Below, piece after piece: positions 31,165-42,174 of a stretch of 64,000 nucleotides of DNA. Location of the stretch: positions 320,001 to 384,000 of the forward strand of contig CAVRCI010000002.1 of the NCBI GenBank assembly GCA_963719495.1. Reading direction: 5' to 3'. How positions within the stretch are numbered: the first letter of the stretch is position 1; every line of letters starts with the position of its first letter. The stretch comes from an uncultured Verrucomicrobiae bacterium. Its GTDB lineage: Bacteria > Verrucomicrobiota > Verrucomicrobiia > Chthoniobacterales > JAATET01. The notes under the pieces were generated by a model. That model worked only from the letters and a program-made list of their open reading frames with translations. It was not told the DNA's origin and searched no databases. Both the position numbers and the translations under genes were made by a program.

Positions 31165-32250
31165 TCACTCGCGCAGAAGCGCTTCCGTCGCCGCCCAATC
31201 CAGGCAGGCGTCGGTGATCGAGACTCCGTATTGGAGGTTGTCCAGGCCGTCGGTGTCCGACGGTTGCGCGCCGAATTCGAGGTTGCTTTCCAGCATGGCT
31301 CCGATGAGCTCTTGGCGACCGGCTTCCCGCTGGCCGATGACGTCGCGCCAGACGGCGGGTTGGCGGGCGGGGTCTTTGCCGGAATTTGCGTGGCTGCAGT
31401 CGACCATGATGGCGGTTGGCAACTTGGCTTTTTCCAAACGCTCGATGGCGGTGCCGACGCTGGCTTGGTCGTAGTTCGTGCCGTCGCGGCCGCCGCGGAG
31501 GACGACGTGGCAATTCGGGTTGCCGGTCGTTTTGATGATGCTGGTGGAGCCGTCCTGATCCATTCCGAGGAAGCTGTGGGGGCTGCGGCTGGACTTCATC
31601 GCGTCGATGGCGGTCTGGATGCTGCCGTCGGTGCCGTTTTTGAAGCCGACGGGCATCGAGAGGCCGCTGGCGAGCTCGCGGTGGGTCTGGGATTCCGTCG
31701 TGCGGGCTCCGATGGCGGACCAACTGATGAGGTCGGCGATGTATTGCGGGATGATGGGATCGAGAAATTCCGTGGCGGTGGGGAGACCGAGTGCGGTGAT
31801 GTCGAGGAGGAGCTTGCGGGCGAGGGCGATGCCGTGGGCGAGGTCGCAGGAGTCGTCGAGGTGCGGGTCGTTGATGAGGCCCTTCCAACCGACGGTGGTG
31901 CGGGGTTTCTCGAAGTAGACGCGCATGATGATCTCGTAGCGGTCGGAGACTTCGTCGCGGAGGGCGGCGAGGCGGCGGGCGTAGTCAAGGGCGGCGGCGG
32001 GGTCGTGGATCGAACAGGGGCCGACGATGACGAGGAAGCGGTCGTCCTCGCGCTGGAGGATGCGGCGGGCGGCGGCGCGGCCCTCGCGGACGGTGGCGAC
32101 GGAGGCTTCGGTGGTGGGAAGCTGCTCCTTGATTTGGGTCGGCGTGATGAGGCGGGTGACGCCGCGGACGCGGAGATTCTCGACGGCGGGCGCGGTGGCG
32201 TCGTCGGGGGTCGCGGTGGCGCGGTCGGTGGCGGAGAGGTCGGTGGTCAT
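31165..32250 (-). CDS. aroG: DAHP synthase, class I (AroF/G/H type)
   Basis: GPCSIHD, MRVYFEKPRTTVGWKG, IGARTTESQTHRE, VDCSHANS. Confidence 0.92.
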   Translation of the reverse strand: MTTDLSATDRATATPDDATAPAVENLRVRGVTRLITPTQIKEQLPTTEASVATVREGRAAARRILQREDDRFLVIVGPCSIHDPAAALDYARRLAALRDEVSDRYEIIMRVYFEKPRTTVGWKGLINDPHLDDSCDLAHGIALARKLLLDITALGLPTATEFLDPIIPQYIADLISWSAIGARTTESQTHRELASGLSMPVGFKNGTDGSIQTAIDAMKSSRSPHSFLGMDQDGSTSIIKTTGNPNCHVVLRGGRDGTNYDQASVGTAIERLEKAKLPTAIMVDCSHANSGKDPARQPAVWRDVIGQREAGRQELIGAMLESNLEFGAQPSDTDGLDNLQYGVSITDACLDWAATEALLRE

Positions 32251-32401
32251 GGTGTGCGGAAAAGCCGGGGAGTATCGGCTGGATTGCGCTGGGGCGCAAT
32301 CGTCTTCCGGAAATGGGAAATGCGGGATGCGGAATGACAAATCGGAGTTTCCAAATGAGTTTTTGCGGGGGAGTTGGGGGGCGTGGTAGGTTCCGCGACT
32401 T

Positions 32402-35400
32402 GTGGAAGCGCCTTTGAAGGAACCGTCCGGCCGGTGGCTGAAGAAACTCGAGGGGATGGTGCTTCTCATCTCGCGCTCGCGGCGGATCGCCCGGCACGCG
32501 ACGCGGCGGATGATGCGGAAACCGCGGACGGTCTCCGAGGCTCCGAACCTGCTGCCGACTTTGATCAAGGTGCTGGCGGCTTTTGCCCGGGCGGACGGGG
32601 AGGTGCTGGAGGAGGAGATCGATTCGAGCCTGGGGTTCCTGCGTTACGATTATCCGGACGCGGTTTACTCGGAGCTGCGGAAGCTCTTTCGCGACGCTTT
32701 GCACGAGCAGCAGGATCTCAACGAGATCGCGACGCGGCTGGCGGGTCAGTTGAACGACGACCGGAAGGTGCTGCTCGGGGTGCAGCTCTACGACCTGATC
32801 GCGAAGGCGGGGCTGCAGCAGGAGCAGGTGATCACCTACTACAGCTTCATGGCGCAACTCGGGATGGCGGCTCAGGCGATCGACATCGTCTACCAGCTGA
32901 ACGCGAACGAGCAGGGCGACGCGCACATTTACCAACAGGGAAATTCGCCGCTGGAGGCGGTGAGCTTCGGCGCGGGCGGCGGGGCGGACGTGATCGTGAA
33001 GGATTTCGGGCCGGGCGAGCGGTTGCTGGCCTACCGGTATCACGAGTTGATGATTCTCAAGAACATGAGTTCGCGGAATCTGATCGTGCAAGGGCGGGCG
33101 CTGCGACCGGGAGACTTCTGCCGGTTGTATCCAGGGCAGCGAATTCTCATCGACGAGCACGTGCTGGCTCATCAGGAGCTGGTGTTTTACTTCAACGCGA
33201 AGAAGAACGTCGCGCTGCTGCAGATCTTCGTGGCGGTGGACGACGAGGACGAGGTGCGGCTGGAGAAGGGGCGGTCGCGGGACAGCATACTCGAGGTGAC
33301 GTTTGGGCTGCGGGTGAAGGTGACGGCGCTCAGGGACGTCGACGCGGTGCTGAACGAGCGCCGGTTGCGGGCTGGGGTGACGATCGAGGCGGCGCTCGAG
33401 GACAAGATCATCTTTCACAACGACAGCGAGCTGGAGCTGGACGATCTGCGGCGGCGGGCGGGAAATTACGGCGGGCGTTTCCAGCTCCGGGCTTCGAAGA
33501 GCGAGTATCTCGTGTCGAACAACCCGGGCTTGCTGGACGAGGGGGACATTTTGCTTTCGCCGGGGACCGGTGGCGACGTTCTGCTCAAGATTTTCTGCGA
33601 TTACGACGCGAAGGTCGGGCGGGTGGAGGTGCTGCAGTCGGACCGGCCGATCCTGGTGCGCGGGAACCCGGTGCGGAACTCCGCGACGCTGGCCGACGGC
33701 GACGCGATCCGGGTGGATGCGGGGCAGGTTCTGCGGTGCAATTTTTCCGAGCGGTTGATCGAGGAGGAGCGGAACATCATTCGCACGCTGGACGTGCGGG
33801 ACGTGGTGTGCCGCTTCCGGAACCGGGACGTGGCGATCGACGGGATTTCGTTCAGCGTGCAGCGGGGTGAGATGGTGTGCGTGATGGGGGCGAGCGGCTG
33901 CGGGAAGAGCACGCTGCTGCGGATGATCTCGGGGCAATTTCCGCCGAGTCAGGGCGACGTGCTGCTCAACGGGCGGTCGCTCTACACGAACCTCGACCTG
34001 CTACGGCGTTACGTCACTTACGTGCCGCAATACGACGCGTTCGACGAGCATCTGACCATCGAGGAGAATCTCAACTTCGCGGCGGCGATCCGGTCGCCGC
34101 ATCTGTCGAAACAGGAGCGGCTGCGGCGGCTCGATGGGAAATTGGCCGAGCTGGGGTTGAACGAGCGACGGTCAAACGTGGTCGGGAGTCCGCACAAGAA
34201 GACGCTGAGCGGCGGCGAGCGCAAGCGGCTGAACATCGGGTTGGACATGATCGGGTCGGCGGACATCTACCTCTTCGATGAGCCGACGTCGGGGTTGTCG
34301 TCGAAGGACAGCGAGCACGTGATCGAGATCATCCAGGGGATGTCGCACAACAAGATCAACTTCGTGACGATTCATCAGCCGACGTCGCGGATCTTCAACA
34401 TGTTCAACAAGGCCATCGTGTTGGACAAGGGCGGGAAACTCGTGTTCTTCGGGACGCCGCACGAGACGCTGCAATACTTCGCCGACGCCGAGCACGTGCA
34501 GCACTTCGGGACGGCGCTGGGGTCGACCGACGTGGGGGACACGGCGCGGCCGGAATTCATCTTCGACGCGCTCGAGATGCCGCTGCGGGATCTGAGCGGC
34601 GACATCATCTTCGAGGAGAACAATCGGGGGCAGCTGATCCCGGCGCGGCGGTATTCGCCCGACTACTGGCGGGATAAATACGAGTCCTATCGGATGATGA
34701 AGGACGTGCAGGCGATGCCGGTCTCCAGCACGGAGGCGGCGGTCGCGCTGCCGACACCAGCTCAGCAGAATCCGCAGCTGCTGCGGCGGAGGGAGCCGTT
34801 CCGGATCAGCGAAGAGTGGAACCAGTTTGTCGTGCTGTTGCAGCGGGCGTTCATCAGCAAACTCCGGAACAAGGCGAATCTCCTGACGACGATGGTGATG
34901 GCGCCGATTCTGGCGTTGCTGATCGGTGGCGTGCTGCGGTCGGCGGAGAGCGGGACTTACGATTTCGCGTCGGCGTATCACATTCCGGCCTACCACTTTC
35001 TGGCGTTGGTGGTGGCGATGTTTCTGGGCCTGACGAACAGCGTGGACGACATCATTCGCGACCGGCCGGTGCTGCTGCGGGAGCGCAATCTCAACGTGCG
35101 GATCGGGTATTACGTCACCGCGAAGGGGCTGACTCTGACCGCGTTTGCGGTGATCCAGTGCGCGATGTTTGCGTTCCTCGGAAATTGGTTGCTCGAGGTG
35201 CGCGGGATGTTCGTCGTGTCGTTTCTGGCGATGTTTTTGACGGCGGTGAGCGGGGTGGCGATCGGGCTGATCATTTCGGCGGTGGCGCCCGAGGCGAAGA
35301 TGGCGGTGAACATCATTCCGATGGTCTTGATCCCGCAGCTGATCCTGGGCGGAGCGTTCATCAAATACGAGGAAATGAACCGCAATCTGGACGTCGTCTA

Positions 35401-36031
35401 TGCCCTCCAGAAGTGGTTCGACAAGCACCCGGACAGCGCGCAACCGCCGCGGAGTGACCTGCAGGTGCCGTTGATTTCGGAGTTCATGCCGATGCGGTGG
35501 AGCTACGAAGCGCTGGTTTACGCGCAGGCGAAAATGAATCCCCTGACGGCTCGGCAGGACCAGATTCAACTCGAGATCGCGAAGATGGCGAAGATTGGAG
35601 AACAGAGCGACGCCGAGGCCGAGCGGCTCTACGACTTGAAGGAATTGCTGGCCATCGTTTCGGGATTGCGCGGGACTTCGCCGTCGGACGTCGAGCTGCG
35701 GCTGAAGGAAATCGACGCCGTGATCGCGGGCGGGGCGTTCGATTCGAAGAAGTTGCTGGGGACGTCGAACGAGGTGACGGCCGAGCAGCTGTTCGTGAAT
35801 CAGAAGATCACGGACCTTGTGTCGAAGGCCGAGATGGAGCAGCTGGACTACCGGCTGGACGCGGGTCACACGGGTCACCTCAACGTGTTCTTCGGTCCGG
35901 TTAAGGAATACTTCGGGATTCGCGCGAGCGTGCTGGTTTTCAACGCGGGGGTGCTGCTCTTGTTCTCGTTGTTCGGGTTTGCGGTGCTCTACTACGTGCT
36001 GCGGTATCAGCTGAGATTGCGGGCTCCTTGA
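32402..36031 (+). CDS. Single-chain ABC transporter: TerB-like + FHA-like domains + ABCG-type ATPase + ABC-2 permease (start uncertain)
   Basis: AAFARADGEVLEEEI; GASGCGKST, LSGGERKR, LFDEPTSGL, TIHQP; RERNL and TM helices; PQLILGG. Confidence 0.85.
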   Translation: MEAPLKEPSGRWLKKLEGMVLLISRSRRIARHATRRMMRKPRTVSEAPNLLPTLIKVLAAFARADGEVLEEEIDSSLGFLRYDYPDAVYSELRKLFRDALHEQQDLNEIATRLAGQLNDDRKVLLGVQLYDLIAKAGLQQEQVITYYSFMAQLGMAAQAIDIVYQLNANEQGDAHIYQQGNSPLEAVSFGAGGGADVIVKDFGPGERLLAYRYHELMILKNMSSRNLIVQGRALRPGDFCRLYPGQRILIDEHVLAHQELVFYFNAKKNVALLQIFVAVDDEDEVRLEKGRSRDSILEVTFGLRVKVTALRDVDAVLNERRLRAGVTIEAALEDKIIFHNDSELELDDLRRRAGNYGGRFQLRASKSEYLVSNNPGLLDEGDILLSPGTGGDVLLKIFCDYDAKVGRVEVLQSDRPILVRGNPVRNSATLADGDAIRVDAGQVLRCNFSERLIEEERNIIRTLDVRDVVCRFRNRDVAIDGISFSVQRGEMVCVMGASGCGKSTLLRMISGQFPPSQGDVLLNGRSLYTNLDLLRRYVTYVPQYDAFDEHLTIEENLNFAAAIRSPHLSKQERLRRLDGKLAELGLNERRSNVVGSPHKKTLSGGERKRLNIGLDMIGSADIYLFDEPTSGLSSKDSEHVIEIIQGMSHNKINFVTIHQPTSRIFNMFNKAIVLDKGGKLVFFGTPHETLQYFADAEHVQHFGTALGSTDVGDTARPEFIFDALEMPLRDLSGDIIFEENNRGQLIPARRYSPDYWRDKYESYRMMKDVQAMPVSSTEAAVALPTPAQQNPQLLRRREPFRISEEWNQFVVLLQRAFISKLRNKANLLTTMVMAPILALLIGGVLRSAESGTYDFASAYHIPAYHFLALVVAMFLGLTNSVDDIIRDRPVLLRERNLNVRIGYYVTAKGLTLTAFAVIQCAMFAFLGNWLLEVRGMFVVSFLAMFLTAVSGVAIGLIISAVAPEAKMAVNIIPMVLIPQLILGGAFIKYEEMNRNLDVVYALQKWFDKHPDSAQPPRSDLQVPLISEFMPMRWSYEALVYAQAKMNPLTARQDQIQLEIAKMAKIGEQSDAEAERLYDLKELLAIVSGLRGTSPSDVELRLKEIDAVIAGGAFDSKKLLGTSNEVTAEQLFVNQKITDLVSKAEMEQLDYRLDAGHTGHLNVFFGPVKEYFGIRASVLVFNAGVLLLFSLFGFAVLYYVLRYQLRLRAP

Positions 36032-36062
36032 GGTTTGCGGCGTTTTTCGCGATGGTTCGGCG

Positions 36063-36260
36063 ATGGACGAATTGGTGAAATTGATCGAGCGGCGGGTGGG
36101 GATTTCGGAGGAGCAGGCTCGGCAGGCGGCGGAGACGGCGGTGGAGTTCGTGAAGGGGCGATTGCCGGCGAGTTTGGCGGGGCACGTGGATGATTTTATT
36201 GCCGGGAAGGGGATCCCGAGCGCGGTGGGGCTGATGAGTGGCTTTTTTGGTAGGAAATGA
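36063..36260 (+). CDS. Small conserved-type hypothetical protein
   Basis: MDELVKLI..GISEEQARQAAETAVEFVKGRLP; overlaps the next start. Confidence 0.7.
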   Translation: MDELVKLIERRVGISEEQARQAAETAVEFVKGRLPASLAGHVDDFIAGKGIPSAVGLMSGFFGRK

Positions 36261-37792
36261 GCGCTTTATCGAACTTCGGCGGCTGGAAGCCGCCGCTCCT
36301 TGAAGTAGGGCTGCTCGTTGCTTTTGCGGCTTCGGGGATGGCGGCTCCGGATCGGTATGTTTTGAGCCGGGTGGTGGCTGATCTGGGGGCTGACACGACG
36401 AAACGGATCTCGGATCTGGTGCTCTTCAACGAGGCGGGGGATGTGGTTTTTCAGGTGGATCGGAACGAGGCTTCCCGGGTCGTCGACGGATTTTTCTTCG
36501 GCGCGGCGGATGGGACGGTGTCCCGGATCGTGCCACCGAGTGGTTATGACGCGGTCGCGACGGTGCCCGGCTTGAACGAGTTCGGAGAGGTCGCCGGTCA
36601 GGCTCAGACGACGACTGGAACGCCGCGGCAGACGGCGTTCGTTTGGTCCCGGGCCGGTGGCGCGGAGCGGGCGGAGGGGCTCGACGCGGGCGCGAGCGAT
36701 TTCAAGTCGATCAACGGAGGCGGGCTGGCGTTGGGGAACACGGATTCGGGGACGTTCGAGTTGGTGACGTGGATTCAGCCGACGTTCGGCGCTCCGGTGG
36801 TGACGACGATCGTGCCACCGGATGGGGCGACGCGGGTCGAGACGATCTCGGTGAACGAGCGGGGTGAGTCCCTGCTCATCGTCGACGTGGGGGCGGAGCG
36901 GCGGATGGCCATCTGGGATGGTTCGACGAGCACGTTCATCGGGCCGGTGCTCCCCGGTGGATTCAATCTTTTCAACGCGAATGCGAAGCTCAACGACGCG
37001 GGCGACGTGGCGGCGGTGATCTTCGATCCCGATGCGAGCATTTACCGGGTTTGGCTCGTGCGGGCCGAGGAGCGGGAGTCTTCCGAGACGTTCGACTTCC
37101 CCCGGGCGGCCTCGAACGTGTTTCAGGTGCAGTTCAATCGGTTTCGGCAGGTTTGTTTCGGGACGGCGGAGGGTCGGGTGACTCGGGTCGAATTTTTGGA
37201 CACGACGACCGGCCAGAGCCGATCGTTCGACGGCTACCGCGGGTTGCTGAATTCGCAGGGCCAGTTGGTTTACGGCAACGCCCGGCGGTTGCTGCAGTGG
37301 GATTCGTTCCAGCCGGAGATCGAGCCGGTAGTGGTGCCAATCATCGACGGAACTCCGAAACTCGCCCCGGACGTCGTGGCGTTCAACGGGCGGGGTGAGC
37401 TTGTCCTCCGATTGGCGCGGACGGTGGAGCCGAACGGGGACTCGCTCGAGGTCTACGTGGCCGAGAACAACCCGCCGCCTCCTCCGACTCCGGTCGTGGT
37501 CGAGGTCGTGCCGACTCGGGGTGCCTTTCGGATCGGTCGAGGTGATCGGTTTGCCCGCCGGGTGGTCGACTCCAAGGTGAGATCCGGCTCGGGGGAAATC
37601 GAGGGCCGCATCCGGTATGAGTTGAACGGTCGCCTCCCGCGCGGTCTGCGGTTTCGGTCGAATCCCGGGAAGATCGTCGGGCGTCCGACGGTAAAAGGGA
37701 AATTCGTCGTTCGCGTGTTCGCGAAGTATCGAGTGGACGGCCAGTTGCGACTCTCGCCGCCGGCGAAGGTAAAGATTCGGGTGCGGCGGTAA
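36257..37792 (+). CDS. Secreted repeat (beta-propeller-like) protein with C-terminal putative Ig domain
   Basis: Recurrent (L/I/F)NxxGxV motifs; LPRGLRF..GKIVGRPT..GKF; signal-like LLVAFAASGMA. Confidence 0.7.
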   Translation: MSALSNFGGWKPPLLEVGLLVAFAASGMAAPDRYVLSRVVADLGADTTKRISDLVLFNEAGDVVFQVDRNEASRVVDGFFFGAADGTVSRIVPPSGYDAVATVPGLNEFGEVAGQAQTTTGTPRQTAFVWSRAGGAERAEGLDAGASDFKSINGGGLALGNTDSGTFELVTWIQPTFGAPVVTTIVPPDGATRVETISVNERGESLLIVDVGAERRMAIWDGSTSTFIGPVLPGGFNLFNANAKLNDAGDVAAVIFDPDASIYRVWLVRAEERESSETFDFPRAASNVFQVQFNRFRQVCFGTAEGRVTRVEFLDTTTGQSRSFDGYRGLLNSQGQLVYGNARRLLQWDSFQPEIEPVVVPIIDGTPKLAPDVVAFNGRGELVLRLARTVEPNGDSLEVYVAENNPPPPPTPVVVEVVPTRGAFRIGRGDRFARRVVDSKVRSGSGEIEGRIRYELNGRLPRGLRFRSNPGKIVGRPTVKGKFVVRVFAKYRVDGQLRLSPPAKVKIRVRR

Positions 37793-37836
37793 CCGGGGTT
37801 GTCCCGCTGGGGGCGGCGGGTTAGTTTTTCGGGTTC

Positions 37837-38652
37837 ATGAAGATTGGATTGGAAGACAACTACGAAGACGTGCTGGGCAAGGCTCGGCGGGGATTGGGGA
37901 TCGACGCGGACGCGCTGGCCGAGCGAGCGGGCGTGAGCCGCGAGAAGCTGGATGCCGTGATGGGCGGCGAATTCGACGCCGACGTCGTGCGCGCATTGAG
38001 CGGTCCGCTGGGGGTCGCGGGTGAGCGCGTCGTGGCGCTTGGAGAGAAGACCTACGTGCCGGAGCCGGTCACGCTGGAAGGGCTGCTGCAGTTCAACACC
38101 GCGTTCGACGACATGCTGGTGAACGCGTTCCTCGTCTGGGATCCGACCCGGAGGAAGGCGGCGGTCTTCGATACCGGATCCAACGTGACCGAGTTGTTGG
38201 CGGCGGCGAAGGAGCGGGACCTCGAGATCGAGCAGATCTTCATCACGCACTCGCACGGGGATCACATTTTCGATCTGGACCGCCTCAAGGAAAAGACCGG
38301 GGTCAAAGCCTGGACGCCTTCCGGCGAACCGGTCGACGGAGCCGAATGCTTCGAAGCGGGCAAAGAGTTCGAGGTCGGCAACCTGAAGATTTCGTCGCGG
38401 CTGACCTGGGGGCACGCCAAGGGCGGCGTGACCTACGTGGTGAAGGGGTTGGAGAGCGACGTCGCGATCTGCGGCGACGCGATCTTCGCCGGATCGATGG
38501 GCGGGGGAATGGTGTCGTTCGAGGCGGCGTTGGAAACTAATCGGAAGGAGATCTTCTCGCTGGCGGACAGCACGGTGTTGTGCCCGGGACACGGTCCGCT
38601 CACGACGGTGGGGGAACAACGGCAGTGCAATCCGTTTTTCGCGAACGTATAA
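37837..38652 (+). CDS. MBL-fold metallo-hydrolase with N-terminal HTH-like domain
   Basis: ITHSHGDHI, GHAKG, GDAIF, CPGHG. Confidence 0.88.
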   Translation: MKIGLEDNYEDVLGKARRGLGIDADALAERAGVSREKLDAVMGGEFDADVVRALSGPLGVAGERVVALGEKTYVPEPVTLEGLLQFNTAFDDMLVNAFLVWDPTRRKAAVFDTGSNVTELLAAAKERDLEIEQIFITHSHGDHIFDLDRLKEKTGVKAWTPSGEPVDGAECFEAGKEFEVGNLKISSRLTWGHAKGGVTYVVKGLESDVAICGDAIFAGSMGGGMVSFEAALETNRKEIFSLADSTVLCPGHGPLTTVGEQRQCNPFFANV

Positions 38653-38662
38653 AGGTTCATTT

Positions 38663-39559
38663 ATGAAAGAACGCATTGGATTTGTGGGTGTCGGGCGCAT
38701 GGGCGCGAACATGGCTCGTCGATTGAAGGACACGGGCTGGCCGGTGGTCGCCGTGAACGACGTCAATTTCGAGGCCGCGAACGAGCTGGCTCGCGAGCTG
38801 GATTGCGTGGCGGTGCAGACGCTGCCCGAGGTGACGGCGGCAAGTGACATCGTGATCACCGTCGTGACGGACGACGCGGCGATGCGGACCTGCTTCGCGA
38901 CCACGGATCACTCGTTGCTGGTCGGTGCCGAGGGGAAAATTTTCATCAATTGCGCGACGGTTTCGCCGGGAGTTCATCAGGAAGTCGAGGCGGCTGCCAA
39001 GCGGGGCGGTGCGAAAACGCTGGAGGCTTGCATGGCGTCGAGCATCTCGCAGGCTCGCGATGGCACGCTCTATCTGATGATCGGCGGAGACGAAGCCGAG
39101 TTTGAAAAGGTGAAGCCGCTGCTGGCGGACCTGAGCGAGTCGCCTCGCTACGTGGGTCCGACCGGGACGGCGGCGCGGGTGAAGGCGCTCGTGAACATGG
39201 TGATGAACATCAACACCGCGGGGTTGGCCGAAGGGCTGGCTCTGGCGGACGCGCTCGAGCTCGATCTCACGATGGTACGCGAGATCTTCAGTCAGACGGG
39301 CGCGGCGTCGCGGGTGCTGCAGACGGATGGTGAGGACATGCAGAAGCGGGATCACGAGTGTTATTTCTCCGGAGCGCACGCGGCGAAGGACTCCGGGATT
39401 GCGCTCGAGCTGGGTCGTGAAGCGGGAGTGTCGATGCCGGTCGCGGCGGCGTCGAAGGAGCAGTTCGACGCGATGATCGCGGCGGGACTCGGCGGTCTGG
39501 ACAAGTCCGGCGTGGCTGAGATCACGTTCAAGGACCGGCGTCCGGCAAGCTTGGAGTAG
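38663..39559 (+). CDS. NAD(P)-dependent oxidoreductase, 3-hydroxyisobutyrate dehydrogenase family
   Basis: IGFVGVGRMGANMA, KALVN, AAKD. Confidence 0.88.
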   Translation: MKERIGFVGVGRMGANMARRLKDTGWPVVAVNDVNFEAANELARELDCVAVQTLPEVTAASDIVITVVTDDAAMRTCFATTDHSLLVGAEGKIFINCATVSPGVHQEVEAAAKRGGAKTLEACMASSISQARDGTLYLMIGGDEAEFEKVKPLLADLSESPRYVGPTGTAARVKALVNMVMNINTAGLAEGLALADALELDLTMVREIFSQTGAASRVLQTDGEDMQKRDHECYFSGAHAAKDSGIALELGREAGVSMPVAAASKEQFDAMIAAGLGGLDKSGVAEITFKDRRPASLE

Positions 39560-39655
39560 GGCACCCCGCTGAGATCGTTGCCGTCGTGTGAGAGCGACGG
39601 AACGCGTGGCGAGCCTTCCCTACCTCGGTTGGGTTCGCGCTGCGCGCTTGATTCT

Positions 39656-40915
<1,260 letters not shown>

Positions 40916-41017
40916 GGTGTGAAGTAACGAAGGGAGGACGGTAATTGTTCACGGGAACGATTGTCGCGGCTTTTCCGGTCGTGAAGCCGATTGAGGCGAA
41001 CACGAACAACGGCTCAA

Positions 41018-41067
41018 TCGCACTTACAAAACTTTGGTGCGGCCGCACCAAAGTTTTGTAAGTGCGA
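41018..41067. repeat. Perfect 50-bp palindrome without spacer
   Basis: TCGCACTTACAAAACTTTGGTGCGG|CCGCACCAAAGTTTTGTAAGTGCGA. Confidence 0.95.
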
Positions 41068-41069
41068 GG

Positions 41070-41912
41070 CTATTTCGAGGTTGTCGCCTGGATGAATCGG
41101 TCGATCCCGGTGAGGTCGAGGTGCGCTTTCGATTCGATGAAGCTGGCTGTGCGGCAGAGCTCGAGGACTCGCGCGGATTGGTCGTGGCCGATCTCGAGCC
41201 AGAGGTGGCCGCCGGGGACGAGGCGGGCGGGGGCTTGCTCGACGAGTCGGCGGATGGGGTCGAGGCCGTCGGGTCCGCCGTCGAGGGCGGCGGTGGGGTC
41301 GTGGTGGACTTCGCGGGAGAGGGTGGCGAGGTCGGCGGCGGGGATGTAGGGGAGATTGGCGACGATGGCGTCGTAGCGCTGGTCGCCGGGGGGAAGGAGG
41401 TCGGCTTCGTAAAAGGAGACGTTGGTCGCGGCGAGGCGGGTGGCGTTTTCGTCGGCGAGGGCGAGGGCTTCGGGCGAGAGGTCGGTGGCGTGGACGGTGG
41501 CCGCGGGGCGGGCGAGCGCGAGGGTGATGGCGATGACTCCGCTGCCGGTGCCGACGTCGAGGAGGGTGATTGGTGATTGGTGATTGGTGATTGCTGTGAG
41601 GGCGAGTTCGACGAGGTGCTCGGTTTCGGGGCGGGGGATGAGGGCGCGGGGATCGGTGAGGAATTCGTGGCCGTGGAATTCGGTCGTGCCGAGGAGGTGC
41701 TGGAGCGGGTGGCCTTCGCCGCGGCGGCGGACGAGGTCGCGGAGGGGGGCGCGGTCGGCGTCGGAGAGGGGGCGGTCGAACTCGAGGTAGAGGTCGAGGC
41801 GGCGTTTGCCGAGGGTGTGGGCGAGGAGGTGTTCGGCGTTCAGACGGGGGGACTCGACGTCGTGCTTGGCGAGGTAACTCGCGGCGGCTTTGAGGACTTC
41901 GAGGGTGGTCAT
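41070..41912 (-). CDS. prmC: Release factor glutamine methyltransferase
   Basis: LIPRPETE, LDVGTGSG, NLPYI, ALDGGPDGL. Confidence 0.94.
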   Translation of the reverse strand: MTTLEVLKAAASYLAKHDVESPRLNAEHLLAHTLGKRRLDLYLEFDRPLSDADRAPLRDLVRRRGEGHPLQHLLGTTEFHGHEFLTDPRALIPRPETEHLVELALTAITNHQSPITLLDVGTGSGVIAITLALARPAATVHATDLSPEALALADENATRLAATNVSFYEADLLPPGDQRYDAIVANLPYIPAADLATLSREVHHDPTAALDGGPDGLDPIRRLVEQAPARLVPGGHLWLEIGHDQSARVLELCRTASFIESKAHLDLTGIDRFIQATTSK

Positions 41913-42174
41913 GGGGTGGGTGAGGGGTTGGACAGGATTGACGGGTTTTTCAGGATTGATGCGGGGAAGACTAAATGCTGCAAAATTCCTTTCCTGTCAT
42001 TCTGAGCGGAGCGAAGAATCTCTGGCTTACACTGCATCCGTGCGGTGAGGTGAGAAGCCAGAGATGTTTCGCTTCGCTCAACATGACAAGATTTTGGAAT
42101 GGAACGCTGGCGCTTATCCGGGATGAGGTGCCTTCCTGAAAATCTGTGAATCCTGTGAATCGAGTTAATCCCGT

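Noticed and set aside
32251..32568. N-terminal extension of the DAHP synthase ORF
   Set aside because: Overlaps the divergent ABC gene; ATG 32250 gives a typical length
40946..40959. LexA-like box TGTTC-N4-GAACG upstream of murA
   Set aside because: Imperfect single match, murA is not a typical SOS gene, and no equivalent box was seen upstream of dinB
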